The translations under genes were made by a program, and so were the position numbers. A stretch of DNA of 64,000 nt from Spirochaetia bacterium. Its GTDB lineage: Bacteria > Spirochaetota > Spirochaetia > UBA9216. The stretch is from NCBI GenBank assembly GCA_963677925.2, contig CAXXYH010000004.1, forward strand, positions 224,001-288,000, written 5' to 3'. Shown piece after piece: positions 17,979 to 28,210 of the stretch. Within the stretch, counting starts at the first letter, position 1, and each line of letters starts with the position of its first letter. The notes under the pieces were generated by a model, which saw only the letters and a list, made by a program, of their open reading frames with translations, did no database searches and was not told the origin of the DNA.

Positions 17979-20147
17979 ATGGGTCTCAGACATAAGTATA
18001 ACATGATTCTTGAATTCAGCAGCCTGGACTGGAATTTCGAAGCTCCCGGAGATATTAATGATTTTCTGCAGACGACGGGGAACCTGATCAGCAATCATAT
18101 GCAGACGAACCTCTGTCATATATACCTCTGGGACGACAGCCTGAGCCAGCTGATTTTTCATGAAGACACGCCTCAGGATATTATCAGTTTCTGTTCTGAA
18201 ATAAATGATTTTCAAAATACACAATATGCTGATAAGGGCAGAAAAATGATGTGCCACCCAATCCTGCGCGGACCGCAGATTCTGGGTGTCATTTTTCTAA
18301 ACAGAAACAGAAAACCTTTTACAATGGTAGATGAAAGGATAATTAAACTCCTTTCACAGCAGCTTGGAAATATTATTGAAACAGCCAGAAGAATATCTAC
18401 CGAAAAAATTTCCGGCAGCATTGAAACCGGTGAGGGAACCCTTGAATTCAACAGGCAGATACTTATGCAGGGCGTCGGAGCTTCCCCCGGCATGGCACTG
18501 GGCTTAAGTTATACACTTGATAGAAAACGGCGATTCAATGAACTGCAGAGAACCCGTTTCAAAAAGAAATACAGCCTTGATGAACTTGACAATGCAATTT
18601 CGGCAACGAAAGAACAGATAAAAAAGCTGCAGCAGAAGGTTGAAACAAGACTTTCCGATGATGCCGCCCTTATTTTTACATCGCATCTGCTTATTCTGGA
18701 TGATTCAGGATTCAGAAAAGAGATAAGCAGCATGGTCTACACCGGCATCAATCCCCCGGCAGCCCTTTTATCAGTAGCCAATAAATACATCAATGTATTT
18801 TCAGCAAGCGACAACCCGCTTGTACAGGAAAAAGCTGATGATATGGAAGATCTGGTGTTCAGAATCATTGCAAACCTGATTGGAGAGAAAACATCAACTT
18901 TTTCTGCCGACGGAAGGATTATCATCGCAAGATCAATTTATCCTTCAGACATACTTGCACTTGCATCTGAGAACTGCACAGGAATCATGCTTGTTTCAGG
19001 CGGAGTTACAGCCCATATATCCATTCTTGCTCAGTCACTTAAATTACCCCTTGTTATTATTGATTTCAACGACATCCTGAGAACAAGCAAACCTGTTCCC
19101 ATTGCAATTGACGGAACTACCGGTAGAATATGCATTAATCCTGAGCAGGATCTGGTTGAGGAATTTCACGAGGTTCAAAGAACTGAACGTCAGCAGAAAA
19201 AAAACATGTCCCTCAAGCAGGAAACCCTGACAAGAGACGGTGCAAGAATCAAACTGCTCAGCAATATTAACCTTATTTCAGATCTTGAAGAAGCCATGGC
19301 CATTGATGCAGAAGGAATAGGTCTGTACCGTACTGAATACCAGTTTCTGCTTAGAAACAATTTTCCCACCGAAAATGAGCAGTACAGGATATACAAACAG
19401 ATAATAGATCTGTCTGACGGCCGACCGGTAACATTCAGGACTCTGGATGCAGGCGGCGACAAGGTTCTCTCATACTACGGCGGACATAAGGAAGACAACC
19501 CCTTTTTAGGTCTCCGCTCAATACGCTTCAGCCTTCAGAACCCTGTAATATTCAATCAGCAAATCAGGGCAATTCTAAGGGCTGCCGGCAGTAGAAAGAT
19601 TAAAATCATGTTCCCGATGATTTCAACGCTTGAAGAGCTTAGAACAGCAAAGAGTATGGTTATAGAAAACTACCGTCAGCTTTCAGATCAGGGGCTGAAA
19701 ATTGAGATGCCCGAAATCGGCGCGATGATTGAAATCCCGTCTCTTCTTGTCATGATCGACCATGTATGTGAGGAGGTTGATTTTCTGTCGATTGGAACCA
19801 ATGATTTTATTCAGTATATGCTGGCCGTCGATCGCAACAATGAGAAACTGAGCAGCTATTATAATCCTCATAACCCTTCAGTGCTCAGAGGCCTGAAAAT
19901 AATTGCCGATGCCTGTAATAAGTATAATATCGACCTGACAGTCTGCGGGGAGATGGCACACCAGAAAGAATACCTTCCATTTCTCCTCGGTATCGGAATA
20001 AGAAGCCTGAGCGTTTCCACAGGCTTCCTCAAGGAAACACAGGAGACTATTTCAGGAATAAGCACGGCGGAGGCTGTAAAGACGGCAGAGAAGAGCCTTG
20101 AGTGCAGCTCCCTCTATGAGATTGAGCAGATACTTGGAATAGTATAA
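17979..20147 (+). CDS. ptsP: PEP-protein phosphotransferase with N-terminal GAF-like domain (EI-Ntr type)
   Basis: GGVTAH phospho-His site, GIGLYRTE, RTLDAGGDK, NPFLGLR, SIGTND, CGEMA. Confidence 0.92.
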   Translation: MGLRHKYNMILEFSSLDWNFEAPGDINDFLQTTGNLISNHMQTNLCHIYLWDDSLSQLIFHEDTPQDIISFCSEINDFQNTQYADKGRKMMCHPILRGPQILGVIFLNRNRKPFTMVDERIIKLLSQQLGNIIETARRISTEKISGSIETGEGTLEFNRQILMQGVGASPGMALGLSYTLDRKRRFNELQRTRFKKKYSLDELDNAISATKEQIKKLQQKVETRLSDDAALIFTSHLLILDDSGFRKEISSMVYTGINPPAALLSVANKYINVFSASDNPLVQEKADDMEDLVFRIIANLIGEKTSTFSADGRIIIARSIYPSDILALASENCTGIMLVSGGVTAHISILAQSLKLPLVIIDFNDILRTSKPVPIAIDGTTGRICINPEQDLVEEFHEVQRTERQQKKNMSLKQETLTRDGARIKLLSNINLISDLEEAMAIDAEGIGLYRTEYQFLLRNNFPTENEQYRIYKQIIDLSDGRPVTFRTLDAGGDKVLSYYGGHKEDNPFLGLRSIRFSLQNPVIFNQQIRAILRAAGSRKIKIMFPMISTLEELRTAKSMVIENYRQLSDQGLKIEMPEIGAMIEIPSLLVMIDHVCEEVDFLSIGTNDFIQYMLAVDRNNEKLSSYYNPHNPSVLRGLKIIADACNKYNIDLTVCGEMAHQKEYLPFLLGIGIRSLSVSTGFLKETQETISGISTAEAVKTAEKSLECSSLYEIEQILGIV

Positions 20148-20156
20148 ACTTTCTGC

Positions 20157-20579
20157 ATGAACATTATTCAGAAAGAGATACAGCTGCGTCCTGTAAGACG
20201 CGGATTTCATCTGGTAACCTCGGAAATAGAGTCGGCTATCCCTGAACTTAGAACAGTAAAAAAAGGCATTGCATTTCTTCATATAAAGCATACATCGGCA
20301 TCGCTTACTCTAAACGAGAATGCAGATCCAGATGTCAGAGCAGATATGGAATCCATATTCAATCATATGGTACCTGAATCACAGTCATACTATGTACACA
20401 CTTTCGAAGGCGCTGACGACATGCCGGCACATGCGAAAAGTTCACTGCTTGGCGCGGGACTTACAATTCATATTACTGACGGAAGGTTCAACCTGGGAAC
20501 ATGGCAGGGAATATATCTCTGCGAACACCGCAATAACGGCGGCGCCCGCAGAATGGTAATAACAGTTATCGGGGAATAA
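20157..20579 (+). CDS. yjbQ: Secondary thiamine-phosphate synthase family (UPF0047)
   Basis: HTSASLTLNENADPDV, DMPAH and LGTWQGIYLCEHR motifs. Confidence 0.92.
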   Translation: MNIIQKEIQLRPVRRGFHLVTSEIESAIPELRTVKKGIAFLHIKHTSASLTLNENADPDVRADMESIFNHMVPESQSYYVHTFEGADDMPAHAKSSLLGAGLTIHITDGRFNLGTWQGIYLCEHRNNGGARRMVITVIGE

Positions 20580-20590
20580 AACCGACAATG

Positions 20591-23101
20591 CTAAATAAAC
20601 AGGTTTACATTTGAATCTTCGGCGGCATCAAGGTAGGCGGCAACACCTCCAAGTTCAATACCGTCGACCAGTTCATCAGCTTTAATTCCCATAAGGTCCA
20701 TACTCATATTGCAGGCAATAAGCTTTGCGCCGCCGTCTACGGCCTGCTGAATAAGATCCTGAAGAAGTGGAACATTGTGCTTTTTCATAAGTCCCTTGAT
20801 CATGGCAGGCCCCATACCGCCCATATTCATATTAGACAGCTTAAGCCTCTTTGCCCCGCGCGGCATCATGGCGCCGAACATTCTGCTTATAAAATCCTTC
20901 TTAACGGCAACCTTTTCATGCTTCCTTATAACATTCAAACCCCAGAAGGTGAAAAACATCGTAACCTTCCGGCCCATGGCAAGGGCTCCGTTGGCAATAA
21001 TGAAGGAAGCGATAGCCTTATCGAGATCGCCGCTGAAGCAGACCATCGTTTTGTCGTCGGCAGCTTTCTGCACTGAAGTTACCACTCCTGTGCTCATTGC
21101 GGAGACGGAATTTTCAAGATCACCCTTTCTGATTCTGGCAACAAATTCCTTGTCTTTTTTCTCTATATTCAAAAGAGTATTTCCGGTACGCTTGCACCAG
21201 GATGCAATATCAGATTTAAAGCCCGGGTCGGTAACATGGACTTCAAGCACATCACCTTCTGCCATTTCACCCATCCGTTCGTATACCTTCTTAATAGGGC
21301 CGGGACAGGAAAGACCACAGGCATCAACTGTAATTATATTTCCCTTATGCATATCGGCCATCTTTGCAGCAACCTCTTTGAGATTGACTGTTTTAAGACC
21401 CGCATCGGCAACTCCGCATGAATCAGACTTATTCCACATAGCAGGCTGCCAGGTTCCGAAACCGCCGGCCAGGTTTTTTACATTTTCAAAACCGTGCTGT
21501 TTCATCATACGGGCTGCGATATAGCCTCGAAGGCCCTGGGCACAGTAAATGATGTACTGCTTACTCTTATCAAGCTCACCGAGTCTTTCACGCAGCTGCG
21601 GAAGAGGCAAGAGAGTAGAACCCGGAATTGCTCCAAGTTCAAATTCTTCCTTATCGCGGACATCAAGGAGAACAGCAGTCTCATTATCCTTAAGTTCATT
21701 CCACTGAACCATATCTATATATCCGTTAAGAATATTTTCCGCAACAAAGCCTGCCATGTTAACAGGGTCTTTTGCAGATGAATAGGGAGGGGCATAAGCC
21801 AGTTCAAGGTCAGTCAGGACATCAACGGTTCCGCCCATACGGATCACAGTTGCAATAACATCTACACGTTTATCTACACCCTCCCAGCCTACAAGCTGGG
21901 CTCCGATGATTTTCCTTGTCTGTGGATCGAAAATCATCTTCATTGACAGAGGAAGCGCTCCGGGGTAGTAGCTTGCATGTGACTTGGAATGGGTCATTGT
22001 AAAAAGGTAGTCCTTGCCATATTCTTTTCCGGCGGCCTTAAGCTGCTTTTCATTCATACCCGTCGCCGCTACTGTGATATCAAATATCTTTACAATACTT
22101 GTACCCTGGGTGCCGCGGTATGATTCATTTCCGCCTAGAACATTAGCAGCCGCCATCCTTCCCTGCCGGTTAGCGGGCCCCGCGAGGGGCACCATAGTCT
22201 GCTCACCGGTCATATAGTCTTTGATTTCAACAGCGTCTCCGACTGCATATATATCAGGATCAGAGCTCAGCATGTTCTGATCAACAACTATTCCTTTACG
22301 TTTATTGAGGGTAAGGCCTGCAGCTTCTGCAAGTTCAGTCTGCGGCCGAACTCCGATTGCAAGAATTACCATGTCAGTTTCAAGCTTGACTCCGTCTTCC
22401 ATAACAACAGCGACTCGGCGCGGATCATCTGTATCTTCAAAACCCTTAACAGGACTTCCAAGATGCAGATCAACCCCCTCCTCATCAAGATGTCTGTGTA
22501 CAACCTGAGCCATCTCAAAATCAAGCGGCATCATTACCTGGTCTGCTGCTTCAACAAGGGTAACGTGAACGCCCCTTTCAGCAAAGTTTTCTGCAACTTC
22601 AAGACCAATAAAGCCTCCGCCGACAACTACAGCTCTGCAGACCTCTTTCTCTTCCATATATGCCTTGATGCGGTCAAGGTCGGGAATTGTCCACAGTGTA
22701 AAAATCTGTTCTTTGTCTATTCCGGGAATAGGGGGAGTAATGGGCTTTGAGCCTGGAGAGAGAATCATTCTGTCGTATGATTCTTCATACTCTTCAATTA
22801 GATTTCCGGACTTATCTGAGTGTCTTACGCTTACAGTTTTTTTATCGCGGTTAATTGATATAACCTCGCTGAATACTCTTACTTCAATATTGAATCTTTC
22901 TCTGAAACTTTCGGGAGTCTGAAGAAGCAGGTTCTCACGTTCAGAGATTATCCCGCTTATATTATAGGGGAGTCCGCAATTTGCAAACGAAATATACGGC
23001 CCCTTTTCGAACATAATTATTTCGGCGTGCTCATCAAGCCTCCTGAGTCTTGCCGCCGCACTTGCGCCGCCGGCAACTCCACCGATGATGACAACTTTCA
23101 T
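20591..23101 (-). CDS. CoA-disulfide/persulfide reductase fused to rhodanese, TusA and DsrE/DrsH domains
   Basis: SFANCGLPY, YAPPYS, rhodanese YCAQGLRG, TusA DACGLSCPGP, DsrE FFTFWGL and ACNMSMDLMG. Confidence 0.9.
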   Translation of the reverse strand: MKVVIIGGVAGGASAAARLRRLDEHAEIIMFEKGPYISFANCGLPYNISGIISERENLLLQTPESFRERFNIEVRVFSEVISINRDKKTVSVRHSDKSGNLIEEYEESYDRMILSPGSKPITPPIPGIDKEQIFTLWTIPDLDRIKAYMEEKEVCRAVVVGGGFIGLEVAENFAERGVHVTLVEAADQVMMPLDFEMAQVVHRHLDEEGVDLHLGSPVKGFEDTDDPRRVAVVMEDGVKLETDMVILAIGVRPQTELAEAAGLTLNKRKGIVVDQNMLSSDPDIYAVGDAVEIKDYMTGEQTMVPLAGPANRQGRMAAANVLGGNESYRGTQGTSIVKIFDITVAATGMNEKQLKAAGKEYGKDYLFTMTHSKSHASYYPGALPLSMKMIFDPQTRKIIGAQLVGWEGVDKRVDVIATVIRMGGTVDVLTDLELAYAPPYSSAKDPVNMAGFVAENILNGYIDMVQWNELKDNETAVLLDVRDKEEFELGAIPGSTLLPLPQLRERLGELDKSKQYIIYCAQGLRGYIAARMMKQHGFENVKNLAGGFGTWQPAMWNKSDSCGVADAGLKTVNLKEVAAKMADMHKGNIITVDACGLSCPGPIKKVYERMGEMAEGDVLEVHVTDPGFKSDIASWCKRTGNTLLNIEKKDKEFVARIRKGDLENSVSAMSTGVVTSVQKAADDKTMVCFSGDLDKAIASFIIANGALAMGRKVTMFFTFWGLNVIRKHEKVAVKKDFISRMFGAMMPRGAKRLKLSNMNMGGMGPAMIKGLMKKHNVPLLQDLIQQAVDGGAKLIACNMSMDLMGIKADELVDGIELGGVAAYLDAAEDSNVNLFI

Positions 23102-23119
23102 ATGAATCCTCCTTTATCG

Positions 23120-23163
23120 ATATATGTTGCATCTAATATATGGCGAGATTTATATACTGTCAA
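23120..23163 (-). promoter_or_regulatory. Sigma70 promoter TTGACA-N17-TATATT with overlapping ATATAT-N10-ATATAT inverted repeat
   Basis: -35 at 23163-23158 and -10 at 23140-23135. Repeat arms at 23120-23125 and 23136-23141. AAGGAGG Shine-Dalgarno. Confidence 0.55.
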
Positions 23164-23186
23164 GTTATCGATAAAAAAAGTGATAT

Positions 23187-24344
23187 TTACTGTTTTTCTT
23201 CGATAAGATCAATTATGGTCATTGCAAGGTATCCGGCCGCACGGATCATCGCATCTTCTGCATCAGGTGTTTTACTTCCTTCAACAACATCCGTTGAGTG
23301 CCATGTAATTCCCGCCTCATGCGTTTTATAGAGCAGTGATAAAGCTGGAATACTGCGGCTTACATCACCAAAATCGGAAGAGGCCTCCCAGAGAGGCATT
23401 CGTTTAAGCTCTTCGCCGCATGTTGCCATATTTTTTTCAAGCAGACTGAATATCTTTTCATCGAAAAGAATCGGATTAACACTTGAATTCACAATAAACT
23501 CAAAGCCGCAGTTTGATGCAAGAGCTGAGCCTTCGGCTGCCTTTCGAATAAGCTTTTCAGTTTCTTCCAGGTCCTCAGGTTCAGAAGAACGTATCATAAC
23601 CTCCGCGCTACTATAATCGGGTATAACATTAAGAAGCTTCCCGCCTTCAGTTATTATACAATGAAGTTTTACTCCGGGCAAAAATTGTTGTCTCATTCGG
23701 CCAATTGAATTGTAGAACCCCACGACAGCGTCGAGAGCATTGCTGCCGTGCCAGGGATCGGCTGCAGCATGTGCTGTCTGTCCTGTAAAATTTACGCTGA
23801 AAGAGCGGTAGCCGAAATCCTTCAAAGCAACCCCGGTTTCTGTCCATGGATGGAATATAAGAGCATTTTCAATATCATTAAATGCACCCTTTTCCAGCAG
23901 TAGAGTTTTACCTGAAATCTTATCTATGACCTCTTCTGCGGGAGTACCGAAAAGACAGAAAGCAGCAGCAAGTTCCGGAAAATCAGGCATCAGCGTATTT
24001 TTTACTGCTATAGCGGCTGCAGCGGCCGCTGAGGCTATAAAATTATGTCCGCATCCGTGACCTATCCCCTCAAGTGCATCATATTCAGCAAGGACAGCAG
24101 TCTTCTTACCGGAAAAATCAGCTGATAAATCAGGATCAGCACGGAATGCTGTTTCTACATTACAGAGTGGAGCCTCGATTCGGAACCCTTTTTCTCTGAG
24201 AAAGCTGCTTATTTTAAATGCGGAACCTTTCTCAAGATAGGCTGTTTCCGGATGAGCAATAAGATAGCGGCTGAGTTCAAGTATCTCAGGCTTAAGCTTT
24301 TGTAGTTCATTGAGAACCTGCTGTTTCAGTTTTGTTAAGTTCAT
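23187..24344 (-). CDS. M20 amidohydrolase (AbgB/ACY1L2-like)
   Basis: HPET, AEYDAL, GHGCGHN, GTPAEE, HAAADPW and SSDFGDVS motifs. Confidence 0.88.
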   Translation of the reverse strand: MNLTKLKQQVLNELQKLKPEILELSRYLIAHPETAYLEKGSAFKISSFLREKGFRIEAPLCNVETAFRADPDLSADFSGKKTAVLAEYDALEGIGHGCGHNFIASAAAAAAIAVKNTLMPDFPELAAAFCLFGTPAEEVIDKISGKTLLLEKGAFNDIENALIFHPWTETGVALKDFGYRSFSVNFTGQTAHAAADPWHGSNALDAVVGFYNSIGRMRQQFLPGVKLHCIITEGGKLLNVIPDYSSAEVMIRSSEPEDLEETEKLIRKAAEGSALASNCGFEFIVNSSVNPILFDEKIFSLLEKNMATCGEELKRMPLWEASSDFGDVSRSIPALSLLYKTHEAGITWHSTDVVEGSKTPDAEDAMIRAAGYLAMTIIDLIEEKQ

Positions 24345-24350
24345 TTTGCG

Positions 24351-26429
24351 TTACGCCTCTCTCTCAATTTTTACAAAGGTGCTGTGTGTTCTGGCTCCGC
24401 CTGACGGCATTGTTGGTTCAGAAGAAGTAAGCATATTCGGACTGCCTGCAGTATCTGTACACATATCAGCAGAAATGTCCGGCCATGTTCCGGCCTCCAG
24501 ACAGAGGGTTCCGCTTATTATATCATCTGTAAGCCTTGCATTGATACGGATCTTTGCATCATTCCTGCTTAATATCACAGGCTCCCCTTCACTGATATTA
24601 AGTGCTGCAGCATCGGAAGAGTTAATTAAAAGACCGGAGTTCCGGTCTGTCATTGACGGAACATTAGCAAACTGGGAATTTATCTTTAAAAAACTGTGGG
24701 GTGTTATTAATGAGAACATGCCTTCTTCTTTAAAATTTGTATACACAGGGAAGGGTGAACCTCCCGCTTTTTCATATGGAGCACTGCATATTTCGATCTT
24801 TCCGGATGGAGTCTGCAGCGGATTAGCCTCAGGGTCTTTAACAAATTCAGAAAGTCCTACCCTCTCATGTTCATTTCCGTAGAAAATTCCTCTGCTCATA
24901 AATTCCTCAGGATCGCTTATTTCAGAATTTTGCATAAAATGGCGGAGCCATCCGGTTTCATCCCGGCCCCCGGTGAATTCTTCCTTGAATCCAAGCCTTT
25001 CAGATAAAAGAGTAAATATTTCATAATCTGTTTTTACTCCTGAAGGAGGTTCAACAGCCTTTGCTGAATAGAGTAAAAAGTTACCTTCAGGAAACACAAT
25101 ATCTGATCTTTCAGTAAAATCAGCAGCAGGAAGTACCACTGAACTTTCAGCAGCAGTGGGAGTCATAAAAAGATCATGAGTAACAGAAAAATCGAGACTC
25201 TTAAAAGCCCGCCTGCTGAGAAGAGTATCCGCCCCCTGAACCAGATAGTTTCCGCCGCAATTATATGCAGCCCTTATCGGCGGAGACAGTGAACCATCGA
25301 GTATCCGGTCGGCCCAGGTATAAACCGGAATAAGCCTTTTGCGGATCGGCTGAGCAGCAGCGGTGTAGTCTTCCGGAAGCTGACCGAGCTTTCCGCAACG
25401 CGAATGAGGCATAGGGCCCCAGATGTTTGCACCGCTTGAACCGCCTTTGATACCGGTGTTACCGGTCACGGACTGAAGAACCATCGCCATCCTTGCAGCA
25501 TCCTCACCGCCAAGAGTCCTTTGTATTGATAAACCGGGAATAAGCGCAACGGGGTGTGATTGTGAGTAAGCATCAACAATCCTGATTATATCAGAGGCTT
25601 CTGTACCGCAGATATCTGATGCCCACCGGGCGTTTTTTACAGGAGCCCGGTTCAGCCAGTCATTGAACTCCTCAAAACCGCTGCAGTATCTTTCAATAAA
25701 TCCATAATTGAGGGCGCCTCTTTTATCAAGCTCATAGATCACAGCAGCCATCATTGCAGAGTCAGTCCCGGGCTTTATACGAACCCATTCAGCATCAAGG
25801 CTGCGGACTGTTCTGCTTTTTCTGGGATCTACAACTATAATTCTGACGCCACGACTTCTGGCCTCTTTGAGTCTGCTCAAAAGAGCCGGTCCGAATCTGG
25901 TTTCAGCTATATTCGCACCCCAGAGAATGATAAGTTCCGAATAAGCAAGTGTGCCGGCATCGATTGCCGCGTTTGAGGTTCCGTAGACAAAAGGAGTTGC
26001 AAAACTGACAGCTGCTGAACTGTATGAGCCGGTTGTTTCTGTATAGCCGCCGAACAGGTTGAGAAAGCGTTTCGAAAGGGTTGATGTATTATGGAGAGCT
26101 CCCCTGCAGGAACCGCTTCCCCCAAGCCTTACAACGGCCTCCGGACCGAAGGTTTCCTTGATTTCAAGCAGTTTTTCGACAGTAAAATCAAGGGCGGCAT
26201 CCCAGCTGCATTCTTTCAATACCGCATCTGGACCTGTTCTCATCAGAGGCTTAAGAAGCCTTTCGGGATGATAGGTCAGCTTTGCAGCATTATATCCGCG
26301 GGCACAGCCTTTCATCCATTGTGTTTTCAGCGGATTGTCGGTGATTTTTGTAATTCGGCCGCCGATAACTTCCGCAATAAGCGGGCAGCCTCCGCCGCAG
26401 TCTTTATTGCAGCTGACAGGTATTCTCAT
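24351..26429 (-). CDS. Molybdopterin oxidoreductase, DMSO reductase (DmsA-like) family, no Tat signal
   Basis: N-terminal CNKDCGGGC...C Fe-S motif, ERLLKPL, WGAN, VDPR, PGTD, TPSGKIEI. The ORF-track start (26477) lies inside the upstream terminator. Confidence 0.85.
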   Translation of the reverse strand: MRIPVSCNKDCGGGCPLIAEVIGGRITKITDNPLKTQWMKGCARGYNAAKLTYHPERLLKPLMRTGPDAVLKECSWDAALDFTVEKLLEIKETFGPEAVVRLGGSGSCRGALHNTSTLSKRFLNLFGGYTETTGSYSSAAVSFATPFVYGTSNAAIDAGTLAYSELIILWGANIAETRFGPALLSRLKEARSRGVRIIVVDPRKSRTVRSLDAEWVRIKPGTDSAMMAAVIYELDKRGALNYGFIERYCSGFEEFNDWLNRAPVKNARWASDICGTEASDIIRIVDAYSQSHPVALIPGLSIQRTLGGEDAARMAMVLQSVTGNTGIKGGSSGANIWGPMPHSRCGKLGQLPEDYTAAAQPIRKRLIPVYTWADRILDGSLSPPIRAAYNCGGNYLVQGADTLLSRRAFKSLDFSVTHDLFMTPTAAESSVVLPAADFTERSDIVFPEGNFLLYSAKAVEPPSGVKTDYEIFTLLSERLGFKEEFTGGRDETGWLRHFMQNSEISDPEEFMSRGIFYGNEHERVGLSEFVKDPEANPLQTPSGKIEICSAPYEKAGGSPFPVYTNFKEEGMFSLITPHSFLKINSQFANVPSMTDRNSGLLINSSDAAALNISEGEPVILSRNDAKIRINARLTDDIISGTLCLEAGTWPDISADMCTDTAGSPNMLTSSEPTMPSGGARTHSTFVKIEREA

Positions 26430-26445
26430 ACTTAAAAAAATATAA

Positions 26446-26485
26446 AAAAACCGGTGTCTTTTCAACGGAGAAGACACCGGTTTTT
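26446..26485. terminator. Strong bidirectional intrinsic terminator
   Basis: AAAAACCGGTGTCTT pairs perfectly with AAGACACCGGTTTTT. Confidence 0.85.
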
Positions 26486-26506
26486 CAGTGGATTATAGTA
26501 TGAAAA

Positions 26507-27961
26507 TCAATCAAATCGGATGGCAGCCTCTATTGTAGCTCCGAAATCTGAATATCCTACTCTTGCACCATTTGCCTTTACAAATGCAGCGGCAGAGAGT
26601 TCAAATATCAGAAGGTCAAAGGAAGCTCCAGCACTCAGGTAACCTGAATTATATCCAGCCATTACACCGATAAAATTAAAGAGTTCAGCATAGGCACCGG
26701 CGTGGATGACTGAAAGATAATCAAAATAATCACCGTTTATCAGGGCGGCGATTCCTGTATACATATTATCAAGTTCAGCATTGATTCCAAGAGCAAACCA
26801 GTCGCCGAGGTTGATATCAAATGCTGCGCCGAAAGTTACATCCATAGGTATTTTATAAACAGTATTTGTAGAGGTGCTTGAATCACTCACAAGGCCGAAG
26901 CTTTCAATTACAGAACCTATTGATGTTTCAGTAAAATGCATCTTTGTGCCAAACAGGTCGGTAACAGTCAGACCAAGCTTCAAGGGGCCGAGTTTCATTA
27001 TTGTTCCGAGGTCGAGACCGACTCCCCAGCCTGAATATGCGGAATAGGCATTCATGACAGAGGCCATATCAACAGCATCACCCATCAAATCAATCACCTG
27101 TGAACCTGAAACGGGTACGTAGACCTTGTACATCGGCCGTAAATCTGCTCCGATATACAGGAAGTCAGGCAGAACCTCAAATGAGTAACCGCCGGTAAAG
27201 GTCGCTGTAGTATCGGCCCAGCCTGTAGCGCCTAGGATTGTAGCACCTTTCATATAAATGTCTGAATTGAGGTTAAGACCGAAACCCCAGCCTTTGCCGA
27301 CTATACCAAGCAAACCGAAGTTTGCGCCGAGCCTGAAGTTTCCTGAAGGAAGGGCTGTAAGATCCTCTCCTGTGACATCTTCAATTACAAGGGTAGCAAG
27401 GTTAACTGTATTGGCAGCAAGTGCAGGATCGTCTAAAAGTGTTTCGGGATTCTCAACTATAGATTCAGGGTCATCAATAATTGCCTCAACCCCTAAATCT
27501 GCAAGGAGTGCATCTACACTGTCATAAGAGTCCAGATCATCTACTTCAAATCCGGCTTCCTGCAGAAGCGTTCCCATACTCTCAACATCCTGTTCTGCAG
27601 CCCAGGCTTCTACATCTGCAGGTTCAATGGCAGCAAGAGTCTCAGTTAACTGGGTCTGAGTATCAGCAATATATGCTTCCGGATTAGAGGCAAAATCGAT
27701 TAAGGACTGATCGAAAAAACCCCAGACGTTGGCGCTTGTAAGAGTAAATGAGCCGTCTTCCATTGCAAATCCGGCCGGATTCTTGAAAAGTGAGTTATAT
27801 CCGGAGGCGTTGGCAGTAAAAGAACCGCCCTGTCCGGAAACCTGCGGATTAACAGGAACTGCGGATGGGATATCTACAACTGTGGTATCGGTCTGAGCAA
27901 AAAGCAGCATTCCGGGAACCAGTACATTTATTAATATGAATAATAACAGTAAGCGTTTCAT
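26507..27961 (-). CDS. Putative outer-membrane beta-barrel, FadL/TraF-like
   Basis: Signal peptide, NPAG motif near the N-terminus, alternating beta-strands, ends IRFD. Contains an acidic helical insertion. Confidence 0.65.
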   Translation of the reverse strand: MKRLLLLFILINVLVPGMLLFAQTDTTVVDIPSAVPVNPQVSGQGGSFTANASGYNSLFKNPAGFAMEDGSFTLTSANVWGFFDQSLIDFASNPEAYIADTQTQLTETLAAIEPADVEAWAAEQDVESMGTLLQEAGFEVDDLDSYDSVDALLADLGVEAIIDDPESIVENPETLLDDPALAANTVNLATLVIEDVTGEDLTALPSGNFRLGANFGLLGIVGKGWGFGLNLNSDIYMKGATILGATGWADTTATFTGGYSFEVLPDFLYIGADLRPMYKVYVPVSGSQVIDLMGDAVDMASVMNAYSAYSGWGVGLDLGTIMKLGPLKLGLTVTDLFGTKMHFTETSIGSVIESFGLVSDSSTSTNTVYKIPMDVTFGAAFDINLGDWFALGINAELDNMYTGIAALINGDYFDYLSVIHAGAYAELFNFIGVMAGYNSGYLSAGASFDLLIFELSAAAFVKANGARVGYSDFGATIEAAIRFD

Positions 27962-28210
27962 GGCTTCCTCCCTAAATAGTTTCTCCCAGTACTTCTAATG
28001 ATATCGCATTTTACATGCCAAAAAAAGATTATTCTTACAAAAAAAATCAATTTTTTAAATCACTGTTATATAAGAAATTAAATTTCTGCTTTTTCTGGTA
28101 TATATATTAATACCAGAAAAAGCAGATAACTGTATGTTTTTTAATACAGGTCTTCTTAAATTTGTATTATATTGCAACTTTACTTTCCAGCTGATAATAT
28201 ATCCCCGTCT

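Noticed and set aside
17784-18257. 157-aa minus-strand ORF overlapping the ptsP start
   Set aside because: Antisense to ptsP, crosses the structured spacer, and has no recognisable motif.
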